A DNA stretch of 64,000 nt. It comes from Candidatus Omnitrophota bacterium. GTDB lineage: Bacteria > Omnitrophota > Gorgyraeia > 1-14-0-20-64-10. The translations under genes were made by a program, and so were the position numbers. The notes beneath the pieces are model-generated. The model saw nothing but the letters and a program-made list of their open reading frames with translations, was not told where the DNA came from and did not search any database. This document shows positions 12,401 through 24,400 of the stretch, piece after piece; position 1 is the stretch's first letter; every line of letters begins with the position of its first letter. The stretch lies in the NCBI GenBank assembly GCA_023248155.1, contig JAHFFE010000004.1, positions 68,248 through 132,247 on the forward strand, written 5' to 3'.

Positions 12401-15400
12401 CAGCAGTGGGATGCTGCCGGCACGCCGCGCAATGTTTTTGATCTGACCAACGACGGCGTGGTGGATGGCAGCGATGAGCAGCGCATGGTTGATCTTTTGA
12501 TGGCCGAGGGCCTCAAAATCACTGAAGAAGAAAAAGTCCTCGGCGATATCAACCGCGACGGCATAACGGACAGCCGTGATTTGGATCTCTATACGCTGAT
12601 TTATCAAAATGAAAACCGGCTGAATATTGATGGGGTGGCGGGCATCAATGCGCAGGATGTTAATAAAGCCGCCTCGATCCGCAGCTGGCTGGCCGCGCGT
12701 AATGCGCCGGTGCGCGGGCTGACTCGGTTGAAAGATCTTCAAGATGCGGGCGTGGACACCGCCAATCCGGATGCGGTTGCCGCGCATCTCAACCAGCTGA
12801 TTTCAACCACGCAGGCCAAGATTGCCGACGTCAACGGCGATGGTCTGATCGATGAAAAAGATTTGGCCCGCGCCCGCGAAGTCGAGGAAATCGTCAGTTA
12901 CGGTATGGACCGCGGCTTTGCGCTGGACATGCGTTTCGATCTTAACCAGGACGGCAAAGTCGATGACAGTGATCTGGCGGCGCTGATGACCGCCATTTCC
13001 AACCAGATTGTGCATGATGTGAATGCGGACGGCGCGGTCAACCAGACGGATGTGGATCTTTTTGACCGCATGATCCGCTATCAACGCACGGGCTATACGG
13101 TGATGCCGGATGATCTGGAGAATGCCGACATTGACCATAGCGGCGCTTTTGATGCGGGCGATGTGACGAATTTCACAAACGCGCTGCCATTCTACCGCGA
13201 TGTGACCGGCGATAAACGCCTGGATAGTGCGGATCTGCTCGCGGTCCGTAAAGCCAAGGCCTTGCAGGAAGCCGGTTACACGGACCGCTCCTCCGGCGAG
13301 CCGGTTTACCGGCCGCTGACGCTGGATCTGCTGCGCCGTGCGGATCTGACCCGCGATAACGTGATCGACAGCGCGGATAGCGCTTTTCTGGCGCAGGCCA
13401 TTCAAGGCAATCTGGATCTGACCGGTGATTTTGCCGTGACGATCGAGGACCAGCTGCGGCTCGGCCAGTATTCGCCGTGGGGGCTGGGCGTGAAGCAAGT
13501 CGAACGTGCAGACATTGATCAGGACAATCTTATCGGCGCGCGTGATTATGCCGGCCTGCTGGCGGCGCTCGGCGGCATTGACCGCGCGGATGTCACCGGT
13601 GACGGCAAGGTCGATGCCAATGATCTCAAAGATTTACGCCGGCTGGTCGAAGCGGCCAAGCTGAAAGTGACCGGCCGCGATGTGGTGCTGGCGGATGTGA
13701 CCCGGGACCGCAAGGTCGATGTGGCGGACGTGACGAAAGTCATTGAAAGCGTACGGGCTTTGCAGGCCTTTGACATCACCGGCGACCGCATGGTCAATGC
13801 GCTGGATGAACAGGCGCTTTTCTTCCTGTGGGGCGTCGAGCCGCTGGATCTGTTAAACCAAAGCGAAGCCGCTTTGGCTGAGCTGGAAGCGCGTGCGGCC
13901 GCTGCGGTCGACGCCGGGGAAGCCCGCGCCATCGAACGCGCGGCCCAAGGTATTTTTAATCAGGCCCTGACCATGGAAGAAACCGGCAAAGCGATTGCGC
14001 GCATGCTGCTCAGCCCCAGCGAATCGCAACAGATGCTGCAGGAAATTGCGCAGATCATGGCGCGTCTTTCCGGACACCGCAGCGCCATCCAAGCCGTGCT
14101 CGCTGCGCTCACCGGACAAGCAGCGCTGGCCCCCAGCCTCGCAAGCCAGCTGGAAGATGCCCTCAAAGTCCTCAAAGAAACTTTGGTTGAAGCGCGCGCG
14201 GCTGAAAGTTCGGATGCGGTGGATTCATTGGTGCTTTCGGTCGAGCCCGTGATTCAAAATATGCGTACACTGGCCGGGACGCAGGGACAGGTCCAGCCAG
14301 GAACTCAGCCGGACCTGTCCCTGGCTGCCTATCTGGATCAGGGCGAGGCTGTTTTTGCTGAACTCTCCGCGTTGGCGCAGTCCGTGCGGCAGGCGGAAGA
14401 GACGATGGCAGGCCTTGCCGAACAAACCCGCAATGCGCTGGCGCTGGCGGATTGGATGAGCCGGCAGTTTGAAGCCGGGGCAGATACCAGCCCTGCTTTT
14501 GTGTCGCTGCTGGCTTTTGGCCGGAATGCCCTTGCCGAGTCGCAGCGTGCGGCCCAGGCTGCGCGCGCCCGGGCGTCGGGTCTTCTGGCACAGATGCCGG
14601 CGAATACCGCGGCCCTGCAGGCCCAGGAAACTTTGCGGGGCGCCCAGAGCCGTTTGGATCAAGCGCTGGAAACCCTCACGCAAAGTTTGCATGAGGCCCA
14701 GGCTGCCGAGAACGGTGCCATGCCTCTGGTGAAGGAAGCTCAGAGCAAACTCGACCACATGCGGATTTTGGCGGCGCAGTCCGTGACCACGGCCCTCGCA
14801 GGCACGGCCGCAGCGCTCGTGACCCAGCTGGCCCGGTCCAATCTCGGCCGCGAACCGACACCGGATGAAATCAGAGCCGCCGTGGCGGGCCTCGCGGCAG
14901 GAGAAACACTGGAACAGACGGCGGGCCGCTTGCTGGCAATTTCCGATGCGGCCCTGATCAAAGCCGCGCTGGATCCGCTGCGGGATAAAACCTCCCTGGA
15001 TGAAAGTGCTCTGGGCGCGCGCTACCAGGCCATGACCGCAGGCCTCTGGCCATTGGAAAGTGCGACTCAGTCCGTGATGAATTATTTTGGACCGGCCATG
15101 GATTGGCCGGCCGAATTGGCACGCTTGCAGCGGGGGGCCGACGAAATTCTCGCAGATTTAGAGGCGGCTCTCGCTGAAATGGACCGCTTGCTTTATTTGA
15201 ATCCCGGCCATGCGGAACTGAACGCCAATGCTCTGCTCATGACCGATGTTCTGAATCAGGCGGCCGGCCTGGCTGAAGACCTGCGGGAATTCCCGCAGGT
15301 GCTGACGCCGGAAATCGAAAATTTCAACCTTGCCAAAGCCACGGCCGAAGCCAGCCTCGCGTCTGACGAAAATCTGCAGGTCCATCTGGCCGCTGCCGAG

Positions 15401-18400
15401 CTTTTGACCGGACGCATCGACGCCATGACTGAAACTGCGGATAGGGCGCAAGCGCTCCGCTGGCTGGAAACTTTTGAAACCACGGCCGCCGGTCCTGTGC
15501 CTCAGCAGATCAACGCACTTGTGGCGGCCGCCAGAACCAAAGTGGAGAGCGCGCAGCAGGTGGAGGCCGGCATCCGTCTGCTTGAAGCTGCGGCCGAACA
15601 AACAGACGCAACCGCCGAATTTATCCGCGCGCAAGCCGGCACGATGAACCGTGAAATGCTGATCGGCGTCGTGGATCAGCTTCTGGGGCAGTTGGAGGCG
15701 GCCGCGGCACAGGCTTCAGGCGTGATCAGTCAGTATCCGGACACGGCGGCGTTCAGCCGTTTGAGCGGCCGTCCGGAAGCGCTGATGGCCCAGATTAAAG
15801 CCGCTCACGAAGCCATGCTGGCTGAATTATTCCATGAGCGGGTGGTCACAAATCGCGGGGCCGATTCCGTTGAAACCGCCGCGCTTTTGGCCGGTGCTGT
15901 GAACCGGTTGGGCGCAATCGCTGCGGACAATGGAGTGGCAATTCATGAATTGCCACTACGGATGCTTTATACGCTGATAAATAACACACGATCCAAAGTC
16001 GCTGTGCTGGAAAGTGAACTGGCTACGGCCGTCAATGCCGGCGTGGATGCCGGGGCTAATTTGGCCTCAATTCGCGACTACCTGGCCCGTATTGACCAAA
16101 CTGCGGCGGCCTTGAACGCCCGCGCTGCGGCTTTGGGCGCGGATGTGAATGCGCCGCTGACGGCGGCTGACAAGAATACCGCTTTAATTTCGATTCTCAG
16201 CGGACTTGAAACGCAATCCCAGGCTGCGAATGCGACGGCCTTGACCCTCAAACAAATCCAGCAGGCTGTGCGCGAGATCCAGGGACAAGTCCAGTTAGCC
16301 GCTCAAGTGCCGGGGACTCAGGGAGAGGTCCAGTTAGCGGCTCAGATGGACCTGTCCCTGCTCACGGTTAAAAATGCACTGCTGCGTGCCACCGGCGGCG
16401 CGTCTCTGGTGGAAGAAACGGTTTATCTGGCCGCGGCCGGGCGCTTGTCGCTGGTGCTTGCCAACAACACGAATGATTTGACCTTATTGAACCGGCTCGA
16501 AGTCTTTGCCGGTGATTTTGCGGTTCAAGCCGCCGCGGCCCGCGCAAAATTGGCTCAGCTTGCTGCCGCAGACAGCACGGGCGTCTATGGCTTCAGCGCC
16601 AATCTGCCTTCACTCGCCGCGCTCGAAGCCGATACCGGCAAAACCAAGGCGCTTGTGACCGAAAGACTGGCGCATTTGGCCGGACAGCCGCAGGCTTGGT
16701 CCACGGATCCGCTGGTGCGCGCGCTGCATGAAGCCGAAGCCCTGCAAAAAGCCATCATGGTCCAACAGGGACAGGTCCAAACAACTCAACAGGACCTGTC
16801 CCTTAAGACTTCGCTCGCGATCCTGGAAGCGATTGGGGAGGCCGTGACCAGCACGATCGCGGCTTTGACGGAATCCGCCCGTCAGGATGCGGCCGCTTTT
16901 GAAGACCGCCAGCGGCTGCTTGAGAATTACCGCGGTCGTTTTGATTTCTCCGAACAAGCCGCTCTGCTTCAAAGTGAAGAAACCATAGCGGCGGCGGAGC
17001 AGGCGCGTGCAGCCGAGCAAGCCGCATTCGAGCGTCACCTCGCCCTGCTGCAGGACCTTGAAACCCAGGATGAAACCCTGGCCCGGGCTTTGGCGGATAT
17101 GGCGATTGACGATGCTCAAGAATTGCGCGATTTGGGCGCTGAGCCGGATCTTGCGATCGTGGAACGCCTGGAAATGCAGGCTGAATCCGCGGAAGCGCGG
17201 CAGGATTCCGGAGCGCAGATTGAAGAACTGGCCGAGGGCCTCGCCGCCTGGATCGAACGGCTGGAGACCATGACGGCCGGTCTGAATACCAACGAGGAGT
17301 TGGCGGTGCGTGAAGGCTTGCTTGATCTGGCGGATGCCGTTACGGCGCATTGGCAGGAACTGCTGACCGAGCCGTCTGCGGCCGAGGTGCGCCAAAAAGT
17401 CGATGCGCTGCGCAGCGTTGTGACGCAAGACCTGCAGGCGCTTGAGACCACAAAAGGGGCTGCGGATGCGGCCGCCGATTGGCTGAAAGAAAACGGCGCG
17501 CATCTGACCGAACTGGACCGTCTGATTGGCGAGGCCATGGCCGCATTTGAGACTGCTGCGAAGACCACCGGTGTAGGGGCGGGTTCTAAAACCGCCCAGG
17601 ATGCCGCTGCTTCCGCGCGCCGGCTCTATGAAGAACTCGAAACGCTTCAGGATGAATTTATCGCGCTTACAGCCGAAGTCGAAAATGCCTCAGCCTATGA
17701 AGACGACATCAAGGCCATGATGACCGCGCGTGAGGAGTTCCGCGCGGAACTGGACGGCCTGGCGGAAACACAAATCCTGACGCAGATCCAAACCTCGCAG
17801 GGCGCGGATGTCACCCAACTCCTGAATACGATTGAAGCGCAGATGACGGCCAATCTCAATGCCCTGCGCAATCTGGACCCCGAAGAATTCAAAAAATCCA
17901 CGGCCGAACTTTTGGCGGGTCATCCGGAATTGGGCGGCCTCAAACTCGAACTGCCGGATGCCGGAGCCCTGGATGAAAACTCTCAGCCCGACCTCTTGCG
18001 GGCCTTGCTTGAGGGCGCCCGGACGCCGGCGGCCGGCGGCACGCCGCTGCGCGGTTATTATCTGGGTTATCCGGCCACAGCGACGCTGATGAACCTTGAA
18101 AATCTGATCAGCGTTCTCGCGGCCCAGCAAGGCTCCGGAACCATTTTCGCGGAAACTTGGCTGACGAGCATGCGTGAGCGCATGAACGCCTGGTTCAACC
18201 GCATGTTCGGGATGGAGGCTGAACTTGAACAGTACCGCGTCCGCATGATCGTTGACAATTCCGCTGCGGGCATCGAATGGTCACGCGTACTCGATGGAAA
18301 TATTAGCGCGGTCAATCAGCTGATCAGCGAAGCGTCAGGCGCTGCCTCAGGCGCGGATGCGGTCAATAAACTCCGCCAGGCGGAGCGTATGATCGCGCTG

Positions 18401-21400
18401 GTCGATGCCCAGCAGCGAGCCGTGCAGGCGCTCTGGGACGATGTGCGCGCGCGCGGTGAGATGAACAGCATCTGGTATAAGACGCGTACGATTTGGCAAA
18501 GCCTGCCGCCGCTGGATGTTTACGGGAAGTATCTGGACCAAATGGAAATCCTAAACGAGGGCGGTGAAATTTTACCGGGTGAAATCGTCGCCTATGGAAA
18601 ACATGTGAGTGATTTTGCCGCGGAACTGGCGAAAAAAGTCAAAGACCTGAATCTGGCCGCCGACTCGGCGCGCCAGGCCGCGGCCGGCAAACTGATAGGC
18701 TCGCTCAAATCGAGCCTGCAGGCGGACCAGCGCGTGATGGATAGTCTGTTGACGGAGATTCGCGGAACCTCTGATGCCTGGGTGCGCGAGGCGGCCCGGC
18801 GCGAGATCCACACCCTGCTGGAAAAGGCCGGCCAGCGCCTGGCGGATGCCAGCGTGCAGGCCGACGAGTGGCTGGATGCCACGACCTTTACAGTGTGGAC
18901 CCGGTCCATTCTGCGGGAAAACGGCATCGACCCCGATCTGCCCGAAAATCAGAAGATCTTTGAAGAGAAGAGGGCGAATGTGCGCCGGAACGAAAAACTG
19001 AAACTGGATGGCGAGCGCCGCGCGGCGGCTGCCATGTTGAACGGCTTGCGCGTGCTGGCGGAACAAGCCGGGGCCGCAGTCATGGACAGCCTGATTTTTG
19101 AAGGCGGCAGCAAACTGCTGACCGCTGAATTGAGTGAAATCAGAACACTGCTCGGCGTCTTTGCCGCGCGCAGCGAATCTGAGCGCGATGCCGTCAAGAC
19201 CGAGGCCTATCTTGAAACTGCACGCATTCTGCGTGATAAAGCGCTGGTTTTGATGAATAAGGTGCGTGAGCAAGCGGCGGCCGAGGACGCCACGCTGGAA
19301 GACCGCAATGAAGTCGCCAAAGCGGAGGCCCAATGGGATCTGATCAACACTGCCGCCGGCTATCTGGAAAATAACCGTTCAGTTCAAACAACTCAGGCGA
19401 CCGGCGGTGATTCCCTGACGAACGAGGCGCAGCGATTCTTTGAGGCCGGCAATGCTCTTTATGGGGTGCTTGATGATATGCTGGCTCGCCGGCAAGTGCA
19501 GCTGGCGGGGCCCTATGACGATCTCAGTAACGATTCCGCGTTTACCATTTTACTCGCATACGGGGATCAAATCACAGCCGACCTGACGGCCCTGCGGGAT
19601 CGTATTCAGGCCACGAGCGGTATTCTCTCAAACGCGTTTGTGAATACAAACATCTGGCTGCAGCACCTCAGCGGCATCATGGAAAATGCGCGGACCCGCG
19701 CCGCAGCGTTTTTCACCATCGGCGACCCTTCCTCGATCCGGCCCCTGGACGCCATGCGGACACTCAACAGACTGTCCGGCAGTATGACAGCGGTCATCAA
19801 GGAAAGCTTAGAATCGCACGAATTCGCTGCGTACCGGGCGGAGAACTATCGCGCGTTTGAAAGTCTGGCTCAGGGACTGCGCCGGACGCTGGATCAAAAA
19901 TACCAGCAGCTGGATACGATCTACCGGGCGGATCGCACGGCGGCAGCCCTGGCCGAACTGAAAGACGCCGCGCTGGAAGTCTTCAAACCCGCGGCCCGCT
20001 TAAATGAACTGCGCATGGCTTTCGGTGAAATGGCCGAGGTGGCGCTGGCGGATTTAACCCAGGCTAGCGTCGTCGAATTTTTACGGACAGAGATCGAACG
20101 CTCCCTGTCTGCGAATGAAGCGGCCCTTATCACGCGCGCGGCCGAAGAAGTCCAGCAAGGGTTGATCCGCGCCGCGTCCGTCTCGGCCGTGGGCATCGCG
20201 CGAAACCATACGAAGTACGAAGTGGTCTTTAATAATACGACACAGCGGCGCGAACGGACGGTGATCGATTATGCGCTCAGTGCCGGCGGTACAGCTGCCT
20301 TCCGCCAGACGCTGGCGCAGGCCTCAGATTTGCAAAAGCCACTTTCTGAAATGAACGAGCTTGCCATTCTCGAAAAAATCCGCGAAACCAACGGCGTTTT
20401 TGCCACGGACTATGTCAAACGGCAGGCGCAAATGTTTGAACGCTGGCGCCTCAAATTTATTCCGCAGGACAATGCCTTGAGCGTCACGTGGAGTATGCTG
20501 ATTTCGCGTGAACTCGAGGAAGAGTTTAACCGCTATACGAATATTCGCGATACGCTGGGCACTTCGGCCCTGGACGGCTATGCCGATGAGTTCTCTTATC
20601 ATCTCAGCATGCTCAACTGGGCGGGGAGCGTGATTGCACGGGAAGGCACGAATACGTTCAGGAACAAGAGCGTTGAAATCGACGGCACAAACTGGGCGGT
20701 GCGGGTGGATGCAGTCGATGTTCTCGCCAAAGCAGTGGATAAGGAAACTTCGCCGGAAAAACTTGAAATGCTGGTGCCGATGCTCAAGGAACAGCTGGAC
20801 GCGTTGGAAATTTTAAATGGCTCGGGGATGTCTCTTGGGAAAGACAATTACCACATCGGCGAAGCGGCGTATTTTGCCGTGCAATCCTTCAGCTCTGAAG
20901 TTAAGACCCGGGCCTATGACATTTATCTGGAGGCGCTCAAGCGCCTGGAGTTTTTCCGCATGCTGGAATTGGGCGGGGAGCAGTCCGTGGCCGATATCCG
21001 CGCTCAGGTCTATACCGCCGTCGAGATGCGCCGCAAGGCTCAGGCGTCCAATGATCTGGAACTGCTGATGACGCTTGCCGAGGATGCCCGCAACCGGCGC
21101 AAACAGGCGCAGAAAATTTATAAGTCTATGCTCACGCTGCTTGCAAAAGCCCTGACCGGCGACTTCAAAAATCTCGACAAGGTGCTGCCGGCGTTCAAAA
21201 AACGCGTGACGGCGGCTAAAGAGCTTTTAAACCGGCTGGCCGATGAATGGGCGCTGATTGACGCGGCGCGCATGGAATTGGCGGCCAAGGCGGACCGGGG
21301 CGCGCTCCTCGCCGGAGAAATCACCTCCCTGGCGAGTCAGGCGGCAAAATTGCGCGCTGAAATTCTGGGCCGCGAAGAGGCGGCCGGCGAACCTTCGGGC

Positions 21401-24400
21401 GCGGCGGCTTTAAAAGATATTCCGCTTGAGAAAATGGCCAAACTGCTCGGAATCACGGAGGAGGAAGCGGAAAAGGTCGTGGATGTGCTTTCGAATAAAA
21501 CGCTCACGCACCAGAATTCAGCCGCCGTCCTGCAGTCCATGGAGGCAGTGCGCAAAATGTTCGACAGCGGCAAACTACGCCTCGAACGTTTGACGGCGCT
21601 GATTGAAGTGCCCTATGCCGACATTGCCGGCGGAGTCCAGAAGACGGCCGCGGCGATTAACGCCATCATCGACAAGCCGGCCGCAGCCCAGGCAGCGGCG
21701 GATATTTTAGCGCAATTCGGCACGGGCATTTCCGCGGTTCCGGGAAGCGATGCGGCTATTTTAGCAGCCCTGGTGCTGGGCCTGTTGGCCGCCAGCGTGG
21801 AAGAGCCCGCAGCTTCCGCAGCTCTGAAAGCCATAATCCGCGAAGCGGCGGCCAAGGCGGCAGCGGAAGCGGAAATGCTCGGAGGCACCAGCGTCAGTCT
21901 GTCCGCGGCGGCCGCATCCGCCCAGGGTTCAGCGGCGATGGCCACGCGCATTGTGAACCAAATTCAAACCGAAAGCGGTACGGCGAGCGGCAGCGTGACA
22001 ACCGCGGCCGCGTTAGCGGTGCTGGCTGCGGCATATTCCGCTCACACGGCACAGCCGGCGTATTCCGAAACCACGGCGTCTGTGCTAGCCTCGAATATCA
22101 ATGCGTTTACGGCTTACCGGGCATACCTTGAACCGCTGCCTCTCGTGTCGCGGGCCGATGCGGCGGCGACAACAGCGCTCATTGCCGACGGACTCGCGGC
22201 CGGAAGCGACGTCAGCGCGGAGGCCGTCCGCGCGGCGGAAAAAGCTTCGGGCCTGGCGCTCATGCTGACGTCGCTGATGTCGCAGGATCGCGGTATTCCG
22301 GGTTATGCGCCTCAGGCGGCTGCGTCGTCTGCGGCCCTGTCGCTGGCGGCACTGTCCCATGCGATTGTAACATCGGGAGTCACCGGTGCGATTCGCAGTG
22401 CTGCGCTTAATGCAGCGGCCAGCGCCCGGGATTTGGCCGCGCAGGTTGCGGGAATTTCATCGCCGGCTCAGGGTGCCCAGGCGGCACGTGATGCTCAGGC
22501 CATTTCCGCAAATCTTGTCCAGATGTTTGCGGAAAATGAGTTAGCTATGCCGGCGGCCATGCAGAACTTTGTGACGGCAATTGCCGTTGCGGCAGAACTG
22601 GCCGGCGGAGCGGCCGCCGGAACGTTGAATCTGCCGGAGGCCGTCTCTATGGCCTCGGGCCTTGCGGTGACCTTTCTCCGCAATAGTCAAAGCTACCTGC
22701 TTACTGCAAGAACGCGCGAGCAGACGGCGGCGCTGACGGCTCAACTTTCAACCGCTTCATCCTGGAGCTCATCCGCACCGCAGGAAGTCGCCGGCTCGAT
22801 CCATGGATTAGGCGTATCACTTACAGCCGGACAGGCTGCTTCCGATGCGCAGGTCATGGATGCGGTGGTAGCTGCGACGGCTGCTTTTAATCTTTTTGCG
22901 AATGCGATTACGACCGATTTTAACATTCCAGAGGAGATTCGAACTGCGGCGCGGCAGAAAGCTCAGAACCTCGTTTTTTACGCGCAGCACCTGGCGCCGG
23001 CCACGACCGTGGATTGGGCGGTGGCTGAGGCGCTCACCCTGATGCAGAATGATCTTTCGGATCTGCAGGGAATGTTCCTTGCGGCTGGAATTGGGATGCC
23101 TCCGCGGGTATCGGCAGCTATGAATGCGGCGGCCGCGGCGCGGATGCTCAGCAGTTCGCTGGTTCAATCTACGCCGGTATCGATTTCGACACAGGCGTTG
23201 ACGCAGAGTTTGACGACGGCGCTGCTGATACTTCCAAGCACGGCTGCGCCCCAGCCCTTGGAGCAAGGCGCAGCTTCTCAGGGCGCGCTGGCGCTCCAAG
23301 CAGCGAGCCGTCTTGCCGTAAGTCTGACGGCCGAGGCGGATATTACCCGGCTGGGCGATACCAGCGCCTTGAATTCCTCAGCTCTTGCCGCAGGCCTTGC
23401 CGCCGCGGCGTCCGCCGGATCCGCCATGCCGCAAGGCTTGACGTCTCAGGCGGCGCAAATGGCGGCGACCGCCTTGTCCATGATTGCGGCCGCGGCCATG
23501 ATTCCGCAGTCAACGGACGATTTGAAGCAGCAGGCCGCTCTCGCCGCCGCCCAGGCCCAGACGCTCGTCGAAAGATCGGGATCCTCGGAGGCGGTCAGTG
23601 CCGCAGAAATCAAGGAAGTTTCGCTTGCGGCGGCGCAGTTAGCCGATACCGTGAAAGCCTTCATGACTTCGCTCAATCTGACGGTACCGGCCAAAATTGA
23701 CCAGATGACGAATGCGGCTCAGCAAGCGGCCGCACTGGCGGGTGCGATTGAAAAGGGCCGTTCGGGCGCTTCGATCGTCCAGGCTTTTGGAGTCAGCGGC
23801 GCGGGCGTGATTCAATATGCGCTCCACAGCCCCGAAGGCAAGGCTGTTTATGAAGCTTATCGCGATGTGCTAGGCCGTGATCCCAAGGGCGAAGAACTGG
23901 CCGTGGATTTGGCCGACGTGCTGGCCGGCAAACTGACGACCGCCGATTTGAAAGTGCGCCTGCTCGGTTCTGAAGAGTACCGCCAGACCCGTGCCTTGAT
24001 GGAACGCGTCATTCTGTCGGTGGGTGCGGTGCTTGAAAATTATACGGGCTTAAAACGCAGCGAACAGATCATATTCGCTGCCGGCTTTGGTATTCCCGCT
24101 TCCATGGCGGCCTCACTGAATAAAGATTCTGCCACAGCTATTCTTAAATACCTGTCGGAACAAAGCCTGCACTTCGGCATCAGCGCCTTCACGGCTCTCA
24201 GCTTCATGCTCTCTCAAGACTCACGACTCAAGACTCTCGACTACGAAGAACTCGCGCGCCAGACGATTCTCTCCGACATTCTCTCCGGCGTGCTGCGTGC
24301 CGATACGCGCGGCGAACTGGTCCTCTCGGCTTTTGCGCTTCAAAATACGGCGGCGCACGCGGGGCTCGAACTTTACGGCCGGCGCATGACGGCCGAGGAA

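Larger units (their letters stand above)
13860..21600 (+). other. Ala/Leu/Glu/Gln-rich alpha-helical (coiled-coil/helical bundle) stalk
   Basis: Abrupt switch from beta/Asp-rich sequence to helix-favouring sequence such as EAALAELEARAAAAVDAGEARAIERAAQ. Confidence 0.7.

Noticed and set aside
14282-17597. Hairpins as rho-independent terminators or a CRISPR array
   Set aside because: There are no poly-T tails, they lie inside an open frame, spacing is irregular (hundreds to thousands of bp) and no cas genes are present.
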